64,000 nt of DNA from an uncultured Flavobacteriales bacterium. GTDB lineage: Bacteria; Bacteroidota; Bacteroidia; Flavobacteriales; UBA7430. A program made the position numbers and the translations under genes. Numbering within the stretch: position 1 is the stretch's first letter; the number at the start of each line of letters is the position of its first letter. Shown here piece after piece: positions 49,248 through 57,428 of the stretch. The notes beneath the pieces were generated by a model. The model worked only from the letters and a program-made list of their open reading frames with translations, searched no databases and had not been told where the DNA came from. Location: contig CALSTU010000003.1 of assembly GCA_943789355.1 (NCBI GenBank), positions 165,985 through 229,984 of the forward strand, read 5' to 3'.

Positions 49248-49279
49248 AAAAAAACCTTGAGAATTTCTCAAGGTTTTTT
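49248..49279. terminator. bidirectional intrinsic terminator (mdh / DCC gene)
   Basis: A7-CCTTGAGA-att-TCTCAAGG-T6. The stop codon of the minus-strand DCC gene (49268-49270) lies inside the right arm. Confidence 0.75.
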
Positions 49280-49648
49280 GTTTGGATTAATAATTCTTTC
49301 TTTCCATGCTTCAGGCATCGTTGGGCAACTTTGATATTTTCCAAACCATCGGTAACGATTTTTAGCAATGATTTTATAGATAGGGTCTCTAAATATTTTT
49401 GGAATGATAAGAAGGATTGCTGTAGCCTTGTAAATTCCTCCCAGAAGTATCAAGCTTTTGATGACTGCCGTTGAGTGAGTGTATGTTTTTCCTTTGGTAA
49501 CCAAAACGATGGACTCGTATTTGGCAGCTTGACTTGAAGATTGATGTGCAATTTTAAATCTTTTGTGTTTGTCACGATTGATGATGAAAGAAATGGATCT
49601 GTTGCACAACACACACAAACCGTCATAAAATAAAGTGGATTCGCTCAT
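49268..49648 (-). CDS. thiol-disulfide oxidoreductase DCC-family protein (DUF393)
   Basis: FYDGLCVLCNRSISFIINRD CxxC motif, 126 aa. Confidence 0.8.
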   Translation of the reverse strand: MSESTLFYDGLCVLCNRSISFIINRDKHKRFKIAHQSSSQAAKYESIVLVTKGKTYTHSTAVIKSLILLGGIYKATAILLIIPKIFRDPIYKIIAKNRYRWFGKYQSCPTMPEAWKERIINPNKKP

Positions 49649-49651
49649 GAT

Positions 49652-51802
49652 TTAATAGATGCAAGCTTTAGTTTGTGATATTTTCCCTGTCTCTGTTTCT
49701 ATTTTCAAAATATACATTCCTTTTTTTAAATTCGAAACATCAAGATTTTTTTCCCCCATGAAGACCGAACAGAGGATTCCTTCGAGGTTGTAAACCTCAA
49801 TCATGGCAATCGGTTCAGTTGTATTTATGTAGATTTCTCCCTGCGAGGGGTTTGGATAGATGTTCATGGGTTCGTTAATGAGTTCATGCGAAAGAACTTC
49901 TGGCGAGTTGCCCCAAAGTAAGTGGATGCCTCCTGTGTATACCCCGAGCAATATGTCATTTCTCCCATCATCATTCAGGTCATAAATTGCGGGTGATGTT
50001 CTTGTGCCTTGTCCCAAAAGAATTAGTGAGTCAAATCCTTCACTAAAGGTTCCTTGGAGGTTGTTGTCAATATTCGTGAAATGATGAACAGTGCCTTTCT
50101 CTGTTCCTACAAAAAGCTCAAACCCATTTGCTTCATCTATAACCAAAGGTGAGGAGTATGCTGTCCCAAAGATACTGTCTGTTAAGTTGATGTTACCAAA
50201 CTGTTCATTTGTCAGTTTGAAGTTAGCTTCCATGGGGGTTCCTTGGTTTTCGTAATGAAAAATGTTACCCTGGCGCGACCCAATAATTAAATCTAAGTCA
50301 TCATCCCTATCGATGTCGATGAGAAAAGGACTGGCATGACTCCCTACATCGATATCGAAGTACTCAATGGTATGAATTGAAAAAATCGCATCTTGTTCAT
50401 CGGTAGTATTTTTTAAAAAATGAATACGTCCGTCTGAATCTCCGATTAACATATCTTCATCACCGTCATTATCGATATCTCCGAAAGTGGGTATAAGATT
50501 TTGTTTAAAATTAATGGATCCAAGCCCTGCATAATCATCGGTAACCCATTCGAATATTGGATCAGATAGCTCTCCAATGTTTTTGTAAAGTGCGAGTTGT
50601 GAATTTAAAAGAGTTCTGCTGGTGTAACCTTCATTAGCTACAATCAAGTCCATCAAACCATCATTGTTGTAATCAAAGAATACTGGATGTGCAGCTGATC
50701 CAACGTCAATCATTTGGTCAATCAACACATCTTTTTGAGACAAACTGAAATTGCTGATGTCGGTATTCGAATTGTTTTTATAAAACCAAATATTTTCAAA
50801 ATTTTTAGACCCCGCACTGCTGTTTGGACTCACAACCAAATCTTTTACATCATCATTGTCAATGTCAAAATGATAGATGGCAGGGAATTTTGAAAGATTG
50901 ATGCTTTCGGAGTCCTTTGGGAAAGTTACTTCCTGGTTAATCATTTCGGCGTCATCGGAAGAGCTACGATTTTCGAGCATGACGATATTACTAAAGGTAA
51001 CATCACCAATAAGTAAGTCAAAAAAAGAGTTGCCTGTAAGATCTAATGCTGTAATGCTTGAGCCTGCATGTCTTCCAGATCTTTCGATGGCTCTTGTTCT
51101 TAATGTATTACAGTCGTTAAGTTTTACGGAATTGTTTGAGAAATTTTCACTAAAATTTCCCCAACATGGATTTTCCAACTGATAATCAAGACTGTCACAA
51201 GAGCCAAAACGTTCCATAGAATAGTTTTTATGCCATTCAACATGGTCACCAATAATGCTAAAGGTCAATATGTCAAGGTCTCCGTCGTAGTCAATGTCAC
51301 CAATGTGAGGGAGGTCAACGGAGCTGATGTATAAATTTGTGTTTCCTGAGCCTCTATCGGTGAGTATGGTCTTAAATAATTCAAATTTAAGGTCGTCTAA
51401 GGTGCTTGTGTTTTTATAGACTTTAATACTTCCATTTTGAGAGGTAAAGATGTCATTTTTACCATCACAGTTGTAGTCGCGTAACAAGAGCCAGTCTTTT
51501 ATGTCTGGAAATTTGTCGTTGTAACTTGGGTCGTAATGATAGTCAACGACTCCAGGTTTCCCTTTATTAATATAGCAATTAATTTGGTTGCCATTTTTAT
51601 CAAAAATCACCAAATCCTGAATGCCGTCATTGTTTAAATCAATAGGAGAGAGTTGCGGTACGTTAACACCTCCCGCCCATGGGTTGAGCAAAGTCGTATT
51701 GTTTTTTGTAACGATTAAGTCCTGTGCCTGATAATAGTTCTGTTGAGAGAAGCTGTTTAATGTTAAACAGAGAGTAAGTAATTGAAGTAGTATTTTACGC
51801 AT
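49652..51802 (-). CDS. FG-GAP/VCBS-repeat protein with T9SS type-A C-terminal sorting domain
   Basis: Signal MRKILLQLLTLCLTLNSFSQ. Repeated DxNxDGxxD loops (DLNNDGIQD, DIDYDGDLD, DYNNDGLMD, DIDNDGDEDM, DIDRDDDLD, DLNDDGRND). C-terminus NIYPNPSQGEIYI...LKKGMYILKIE. Confidence 0.8.
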   Translation of the reverse strand: MRKILLQLLTLCLTLNSFSQQNYYQAQDLIVTKNNTTLLNPWAGGVNVPQLSPIDLNNDGIQDLVIFDKNGNQINCYINKGKPGVVDYHYDPSYNDKFPDIKDWLLLRDYNCDGKNDIFTSQNGSIKVYKNTSTLDDLKFELFKTILTDRGSGNTNLYISSVDLPHIGDIDYDGDLDILTFSIIGDHVEWHKNYSMERFGSCDSLDYQLENPCWGNFSENFSNNSVKLNDCNTLRTRAIERSGRHAGSSITALDLTGNSFFDLLIGDVTFSNIVMLENRSSSDDAEMINQEVTFPKDSESINLSKFPAIYHFDIDNDDVKDLVVSPNSSAGSKNFENIWFYKNNSNTDISNFSLSQKDVLIDQMIDVGSAAHPVFFDYNNDGLMDLIVANEGYTSRTLLNSQLALYKNIGELSDPIFEWVTDDYAGLGSINFKQNLIPTFGDIDNDGDEDMLIGDSDGRIHFLKNTTDEQDAIFSIHTIEYFDIDVGSHASPFLIDIDRDDDLDLIIGSRQGNIFHYENQGTPMEANFKLTNEQFGNINLTDSIFGTAYSSPLVIDEANGFELFVGTEKGTVHHFTNIDNNLQGTFSEGFDSLILLGQGTRTSPAIYDLNDDGRNDILLGVYTGGIHLLWGNSPEVLSHELINEPMNIYPNPSQGEIYINTTEPIAMIEVYNLEGILCSVFMGEKNLDVSNLKKGMYILKIETETGKISQTKACIY

Positions 51803-51900
51803 AATGAGGTATATTCTACATTGCAGCTAATTTACAAGAATTATGCCTACAGGCCACGGATAATACTTTCAAATAAATTGTGATTATTTTACTGAAAGTT

Positions 51901-51908
51901 TATATTTG
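51901..51908 (+). promoter_or_regulatory. -7 box TATATTTG upstream of secDF
   Basis: Exact TAnnTTTG, 36 nt before the ATG. Confidence 0.45.
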
Positions 51909-51943
51909 TCAGCCTTAAATAAACGACTACTAAACAAATAGAT

Positions 51944-54790
51944 ATGCGCAACAAAGGATTTACTAAGTTTTTAGCTGTTGTATTCGCACTTATATGCGTC
52001 TACCAGTTAGCATTTACTTGGATGGTTAAAAGTGTAGAGAATGACGCTAAAACCTATGCCAATGGTGATTATAAGTTAGAACAAGCTTATCTCGATTCAG
52101 TCGCGAATGACGAATTGTATTTTGGTTACACCTTCAAAGAGTGTAAGGAGCAGGAAATGAATTTAGGTCTTGATCTAAAAGGTGGGATGAATGTTACTCT
52201 CGAAGTTTCTGTGGGTGATATTTTGAGAATTCTGGCAAATAATTCAAAAGACGCTACTTTTAATGAGGCTATCGATAGAGCAAATGCCAAGCAAAGCGAC
52301 TCTCAAAATGACTACATAGATGATTTTGTTTCTTCATTTAACGAAGTGAATGAAGCGAATGAAACGAATGTTTCTCTTTCCTCTCCTAGAATTTTTGGTC
52401 ACCGAAACATGCTCAACAAGTTTGATGTAAATGCTTCAGACGATGACGTTATTGCTGTCGTTCGTGAGGAGTTAAAAGGTGCTATAGATCGTGCTTTTTC
52501 TGTTTTGCGTGCTCGTATTGATAAGTTTGGGGTGGTTCAGCCAAACATCCAGCAGTTGGAACAAGAGGGTCGTATTTTAGTAGAGCTTCCTGGAGTAAAA
52601 GACCACGAAAGAGTAAAGCGTTTGTTACAAAGTACAGCTCAGTTAGAGTTTTGGGAGACGGCAGATGTACAGCAACTACAAGGATTTATATCTAATGTTG
52701 CTACGATTGTGAAAGCCGAAGAGGATCAAAATAAATCAGTACAAGAAACGTTCTTTTCTGAAGACTCTTTGCTGCTTGATTCTGTAAGCGAAATCACAAA
52801 CCCGTTTTACGAATTGATGAACATTCAATATGCATTTGGTGCTCGTTTGGGTGTCGTTTCAGTAGAAGACACTGCTAAGGTTAACGAAATCATGAGAAGA
52901 TCTGATATTCGTTCGTTATTGTCTCCAAGTGTAAAGAATACAAAATTCTTGTGGTCAGCAAAACCTCTTATTGAAGGTGGAGAAGATCTTGGATTAGAGT
53001 ACGTTGCCATCAAGTCAAATAGAGATGATCAAGCTCAGTTGGGAGGAGATGTTATCGTTGATGCAAATTCTCAGATTGATCCAACAGGATTGGTTAATGT
53101 AAGCATGAGAATGAATGCTGAAGGAGCCAAGAAGTGGAAAAAATTAACAGAAAATAATATTGGACGACAAGTCGCTATTGTTCTCGATGGATATGTGTAT
53201 TCATTCCCTACAGTAAATGATGTAATTCCTAATGGAAGCTCCAGTATCTCAGGTAATTTCACCGTAGAGGAAGCTGAAGATTTAGCTAATATTTTAAAGG
53301 CAGGTAAGTTGCCTGCTCCAGCTAAGATTATCCAGTCTGAAATTGTTGGCCCATCATTAGGAGCTGAAGCAATTGATTCTGGTTTAAAATCTTTTGCAAT
53401 TGCTTTAGTCATTGTCTTGTTGTACATGATCTTTTACTACCAAACAGCTGGTTTGGCAGCCAATTTTGCTTTAATACTCAATATTTTATTTATATTCGGG
53501 GTACTTGCATCTCTTGGAGCGGTACTTTCACTACCTGGAATTGCAGGTATCGTTTTAACGATAGGTATGGCTGTAGATGCTAACGTGCTTATTTATGAGC
53601 GAATTCGCGAAGAATTAAGAATGGGTAAAGGTTTAAGTTTAGCGATCTCGGATGGTTATAAGAATGCTTATGCGGCCATTATTGATGCGAATGTGACCAC
53701 TTTGTTGACAGGTGTTATTCTTTACACATTCGGAACAGGTCCAATCAAAGGTTTTGCTACGACTTTAATCATTGGTATTATTACTTCTTTGTTTGCTGCG
53801 ATTTTCTTGACTCGATTGGTTTTTGAATCTAAAATGGAATCTAAGAAGCCTATTAATTTTGCTTCATCACTGACTAAAGGTTGGTTTGCAAATACGTCTA
53901 TTTCCTTTTTAGCGAAGCGAAAAAGAGCCTATTTAGTATCGACATTATTGGTTGTGCTTGGGGTTTACTCTTTAGCGACAAGAGGATTAAACCAAGGTGT
54001 TGATTTTAAAGGAGGTCGAACTTATGTAGTTCGTTTTGATCAGGATGTTGTAACTCAAGATGTACGTTCATCTTTAGCAACACCTTTTGAAACAGCTCCA
54101 GAAGTCAAGACCTTTGGGAAAGGGAACCAAGTGAAAATCACAACCAAATACTTGATTGATGAAAAAGGAACGGATGAAGTTGTAGATGTGAAATTAAATG
54201 AAGGTTTAGCTACGCTTGACTTAAATTATGAGGTTATGAGTTCACAACTTGTTGGTCCGACCATCGCAGATGATATCAAACAATCTGCTGTTTGGGCTGT
54301 CTTATTTTCATTGGTTGTGATATTTATGTACATCCTTATTAGGTTCCGAAAAGTGTCTTACTCGCTTGGAGCTGTTGCTGCAGTATTCCATGATGTATTG
54401 ATCGTGTTATCTGTATTCTCTTTATTGTACGGGAAATTGCCATTCTCATTGGAAATTGATCAAGCATTTATTGCTGCAATATTAACGGTTATCGGTTATT
54501 CACTGAATGATACAGTTGTTGTGTTTGATAGAATTCGTGAGTATTTCGGCTCTAAGTCAGGATCTCGTGAAGAGGTCGTTAATGCCGCTTTAAATAGCAC
54601 ACTTAGTCGTACGATAAATACTTCATTAACGACGTTCTTTGTTTTACTAGTCATTTTCTTGTTTGGAGGTGAGGTAATACGAGGCTTTATGTTTGCATTG
54701 ATGGTTGGTGTTGCTGTTGGGACATATTCATCCCTATTTATTGCTACACCAATTATGGTTGATACTTTGAAAAATGATTCCGAAGAATAA
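51944..54790 (+). CDS. secDF: protein translocase subunit SecDF (fused)
   Basis: 948 aa with a large periplasmic domain and two six-helix bundles carrying the IYERIREE and VFDRIRE motifs. Confidence 0.93.
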   Translation: MRNKGFTKFLAVVFALICVYQLAFTWMVKSVENDAKTYANGDYKLEQAYLDSVANDELYFGYTFKECKEQEMNLGLDLKGGMNVTLEVSVGDILRILANNSKDATFNEAIDRANAKQSDSQNDYIDDFVSSFNEVNEANETNVSLSSPRIFGHRNMLNKFDVNASDDDVIAVVREELKGAIDRAFSVLRARIDKFGVVQPNIQQLEQEGRILVELPGVKDHERVKRLLQSTAQLEFWETADVQQLQGFISNVATIVKAEEDQNKSVQETFFSEDSLLLDSVSEITNPFYELMNIQYAFGARLGVVSVEDTAKVNEIMRRSDIRSLLSPSVKNTKFLWSAKPLIEGGEDLGLEYVAIKSNRDDQAQLGGDVIVDANSQIDPTGLVNVSMRMNAEGAKKWKKLTENNIGRQVAIVLDGYVYSFPTVNDVIPNGSSSISGNFTVEEAEDLANILKAGKLPAPAKIIQSEIVGPSLGAEAIDSGLKSFAIALVIVLLYMIFYYQTAGLAANFALILNILFIFGVLASLGAVLSLPGIAGIVLTIGMAVDANVLIYERIREELRMGKGLSLAISDGYKNAYAAIIDANVTTLLTGVILYTFGTGPIKGFATTLIIGIITSLFAAIFLTRLVFESKMESKKPINFASSLTKGWFANTSISFLAKRKRAYLVSTLLVVLGVYSLATRGLNQGVDFKGGRTYVVRFDQDVVTQDVRSSLATPFETAPEVKTFGKGNQVKITTKYLIDEKGTDEVVDVKLNEGLATLDLNYEVMSSQLVGPTIADDIKQSAVWAVLFSLVVIFMYILIRFRKVSYSLGAVAAVFHDVLIVLSVFSLLYGKLPFSLEIDQAFIAAILTVIGYSLNDTVVVFDRIREYFGSKSGSREEVVNAALNSTLSRTINTSLTTFFVLLVIFLFGGEVIRGFMFALMVGVAVGTYSSLFIATPIMVDTLKNDSEE

Positions 54791-54812
54791 TCGGAAATAC
54801 ATAAGATGAAAT

Positions 54813-54841
54813 AAAAAGTCCTGCATTCGCAGGACTTTTTT
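54813..54841 (+). terminator. intrinsic terminator after secDF
   Basis: A5-GTCCTGC-attc-GCAGGAC-T6. Confidence 0.8.
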
Positions 54842-54848
54842 AATTTTG
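54841..54848 (+). promoter_or_regulatory. -7 box TAATTTTG immediately upstream of tatA
   Basis: Exact TAnnTTTG ending 4 nt before the ATG at 54853. It overlaps the last T of the secDF terminator. Confidence 0.35.
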
Positions 54849-54852
54849 CACT

Positions 54853-55140
54853 ATGGAAAAGGCAATTTTGTTTTTAAATTTTTTGGGTACGGGGGAGTTC
54901 ATCCTCATCGCCTTTGTATTTCTGTTGTTATTTGGTCCTGACAAAATTCCGGGTATTGCTCGAAATGTTGGAAAAGGAATTCGAAAAATAAAAGACGCAA
55001 GTGAGGGTATTAAGCAAGAGATTCATGCAAGTTCTAATGATGTGAGTTCTATGGCTTCTGATATTAAGAAAGAAATGGATGAATTGGAAGATCTGACTCA
55101 ATCTGTGAAAAGAGGAGTTAAGAAAACATTAGACAACTAG
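54853..55140 (+). CDS. tatA: twin-arginine translocase TatA/TatE-family protein
   Basis: GTGEFILIAFVFLLLFGPDKIPGIARNVGKGIRKIK, then an acidic tail. Confidence 0.88.
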   Translation: MEKAILFLNFLGTGEFILIAFVFLLLFGPDKIPGIARNVGKGIRKIKDASEGIKQEIHASSNDVSSMASDIKKEMDELEDLTQSVKRGVKKTLDN

Positions 55141-55143
55141 CCC

Positions 55144-56076
55144 GTGGATATTTTCTATTTAATTATTGGTCTGATTGCGCTCATTGTTGGAGGAGAGTTT
55201 CTTGTTAAAGGTGCGATAGCTTTGGCCATTCGGATGAATGTTTCTATGGTTGTCATTGGCTTGACTGTAGTGTCCTTTGCAACTTCGGCTCCTGAGTTGA
55301 TTGTTAGTGTTTATGCTGCTTTAAATGGTCATCCTGATATTGCTTTGGGTAACGTTATCGGCTCAAATATTGCTAACATATCTTTGGTTTTGGGACTTAC
55401 AACTTTCATGTTTCCTTTGACCTTTGAAAAACGTTTGTATCGTTTTGATGTCCCTGTAATGCTTTTAGCATCCATACTTTTCGTAGTTTTCCTTTACACC
55501 AATTCGGGTTTGGATTTTTGGGAGGGTTTTTGCTTTGTATTTTTGTTAATAGTATTCATAACCTACTTAATTTCAAAGTCTCGTAAAGAAGTTCAAGTAT
55601 ACGAGGAGTCCTCTTCTGAGTTTGTATCTTTGCCCAAATTGATGTTTTTGCTGAGTGTAGGAGCATTGAGTTTGTATTTTGGCACCCAGTGGTTGGTTGG
55701 AGGAGCTACAGGAATAGCACGTTTAGTGGGTGTTAGCGAAAGAGTTATTTCTGTATCCGTTGTCGCTTTTGGCACCTCTGTTCCTGAGTTGGCTGCTTCG
55801 ATGATTGCAGCGTTTAAAAAAGAGAAAGGGTTGTCTGTTGGGAATTTAATTGGTTCAAATCTATTTAACATACTTGCAGTAATGGGCTTTACCTCCATGA
55901 TTTATCCGGTAACGGTTGTTGATATGGGGATTCTTACAAATGATGTTTGGTGGATGCTAGGTCTTGTCTTGCTGTTGTTTCCATTGATGTTTTTATTCTC
56001 TCAGAAACGTATAGGTCGTATCGAAGGCTTTGTGTTATTTGTCTTGTATCTGGTCTATATTTTCTTGCTTTTTTAA
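55144..56076 (+). CDS. calcium/sodium antiporter (CaCA/YrbG family)
   Basis: GTG start. Duplicated alpha-repeat motifs GNVIGSNIANI and GNLIGSNLFNIL, about 10 helices. Confidence 0.85.
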   Translation: MDIFYLIIGLIALIVGGEFLVKGAIALAIRMNVSMVVIGLTVVSFATSAPELIVSVYAALNGHPDIALGNVIGSNIANISLVLGLTTFMFPLTFEKRLYRFDVPVMLLASILFVVFLYTNSGLDFWEGFCFVFLLIVFITYLISKSRKEVQVYEESSSEFVSLPKLMFLLSVGALSLYFGTQWLVGGATGIARLVGVSERVISVSVVAFGTSVPELAASMIAAFKKEKGLSVGNLIGSNLFNILAVMGFTSMIYPVTVVDMGILTNDVWWMLGLVLLLFPLMFLFSQKRIGRIEGFVLFVLYLVYIFLLF

Positions 56077-56178
56077 TGTTTTTAATGTTTTTTAACGCAA
56101 AATTTAATGATTTCGGATAAATATGATTGTTTAAGGTAAAAAATGACTATTTATTATCACATGATTGATAATTGGGTT

Positions 56179-56186
56179 TATATTTG
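56179..56186 (+). promoter_or_regulatory. -7 box TATATTTG upstream of the glutamine synthetase gene
   Basis: Exact TAnnTTTG, 44 nt before the ATG. Confidence 0.45.
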
Positions 56187-56229
56187 TCGGATCTTTTAAA
56201 AAATTAGTTTAACCTTTATCTTATACCTT

Positions 56230-57237
56230 ATGAAAACAAAATTGGAATACATCTGGCTAGATGGATACACTCCAACTCAGAACATGAGAAGTAAAACAAA
56301 AGTTGTTGAGGACTTTGGGGGTAAATTAGAAGATTGCCCAATGTGGTCTTTTGATGGAAGCTCTACGAAGCAGGCAGAGGGTGGTTCATCCGACTGTTTG
56401 TTGAAGCCCGTTGCAATTTATCCAGATCCTGAAAGAATCAATGCATTCTTGGTCATGACAGAAGTTTTAAATGCTGATGGATCCTCGCATGTATCTAATG
56501 CACGAGCTGGTATAGATGACGGTGATAATGACTTTTGGTTCGGTTTTGAGCAAGAGTATTTCATTATGGATGTTGACACGCAACTGCCTTTAGGTTTTCC
56601 TGTAGGTGGATATCCTGGCCCTCAAGGAATGTATTACTGTTCTGTAGGTGGTAAAAATACTCACGGTAGAGATTTCGTTGAAGAACATGCTGATTTATGT
56701 ATCAATGCTGGGTTAAACTTTGAGGGTATCAACCAGGAGGTAGCTTCAGGACAATGGGAATTCCAATTGTTTGCAAAGGGTGCTAAGAAAGCAGGTGATG
56801 AAATTTGGATTGCTCGTTATTTGCTAGATCGTCTTACTGAGAAGTACGGATACTATATTGAATACCACCCAAAACCTATCAAAGGTGATTGGAACGGTTC
56901 CGGAATGCATGCAAACTTTTCTAATACATTGTTGAGAACTTGTGGTTCTAAAGAAGTATATGAGAAAGTATGTGAAGCATTTAGACCTCTAATAAAAGAG
57001 CATATTGATGTTTATGGCGTTGACAATGATCAACGTTTAACAGGCTTGCACGAAACGGCTTCTATCAATGACTTCAGCTATGGAGTTTCTGACCGAGGAG
57101 CTTCCATTCGTATCCCTATCATTACAGTAGAACAAGGATGGAAAGGTTGGTTGGAAGACAGAAGACCTGCATCAAACGGTGATCCTTATAAGATTGCTGG
57201 AAGAATTGTGAAAACAGTTAAAGGAGCGAAAATTTAA
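56230..57237 (+). CDS. glnII: glutamine synthetase, type II (eukaryote-like short form)
   Basis: LEYIWLDG start, FGFEQEYF, GINQEVASGQWEFQ, WNGSGMHANFS. 335 aa. Confidence 0.85.
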   Translation: MKTKLEYIWLDGYTPTQNMRSKTKVVEDFGGKLEDCPMWSFDGSSTKQAEGGSSDCLLKPVAIYPDPERINAFLVMTEVLNADGSSHVSNARAGIDDGDNDFWFGFEQEYFIMDVDTQLPLGFPVGGYPGPQGMYYCSVGGKNTHGRDFVEEHADLCINAGLNFEGINQEVASGQWEFQLFAKGAKKAGDEIWIARYLLDRLTEKYGYYIEYHPKPIKGDWNGSGMHANFSNTLLRTCGSKEVYEKVCEAFRPLIKEHIDVYGVDNDQRLTGLHETASINDFSYGVSDRGASIRIPIITVEQGWKGWLEDRRPASNGDPYKIAGRIVKTVKGAKI

Positions 57238-57259
57238 TTTCACTTCTTTCTTAAATCAT

Positions 57260-57291
57260 AAAAAAGCACCTGTGAGGGTGCTTTTTTTTTT
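57260..57291 (+). terminator. intrinsic terminator after glnII
   Basis: A6-GCACC-tgtgag-GGTGC-T10. Confidence 0.8.
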
Positions 57292-57428
57292 ATATAAGAA
57301 TTTTCGAATTTCACAATCATACATACTTAGCCTCAATGCTTTTTTTATTTGCCTAATTTTTCCTTATTTTAGCACAACTTTGCATGAAAATTGCAAGGCA
57401 ATTAATAATTAGTCATGAATTTGATTCG

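Noticed and set aside
39746-51802. Surface-protein block as a mobile genomic island, a polysaccharide utilisation locus or a secreted protease cluster.
   Set aside because: I saw no integrase, transposase, tRNA-flanked attachment repeats, SusC/SusD pair, glycoside hydrolase or peptidase catalytic motifs.
53071-53427. 118-aa antisense ORF inside secDF. Similar antisense or shadow ORFs occur at 504-710, 2055-2237, 4523-4994, 9141-9383, 15856-16152, 16917-17219, 38168-39515, 50877-51182, 55593-55898, 58342-59176 and 60583-60906.
   Set aside because: All lie within well-supported genes on the opposite strand or in another frame. They show no recognisable motifs and are typical of AT-rich shadow ORFs.
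57379-57396. Palindrome TTGCA-N7-TGCAA upstream of the OmpA-family gene, and a CTACA-ata-TGTAG palindrome near 22990, as possible operator sites.
   Set aside because: Arms of 5 bp in AT-rich DNA are expected by chance. There is no second copy and no adjacent regulator.
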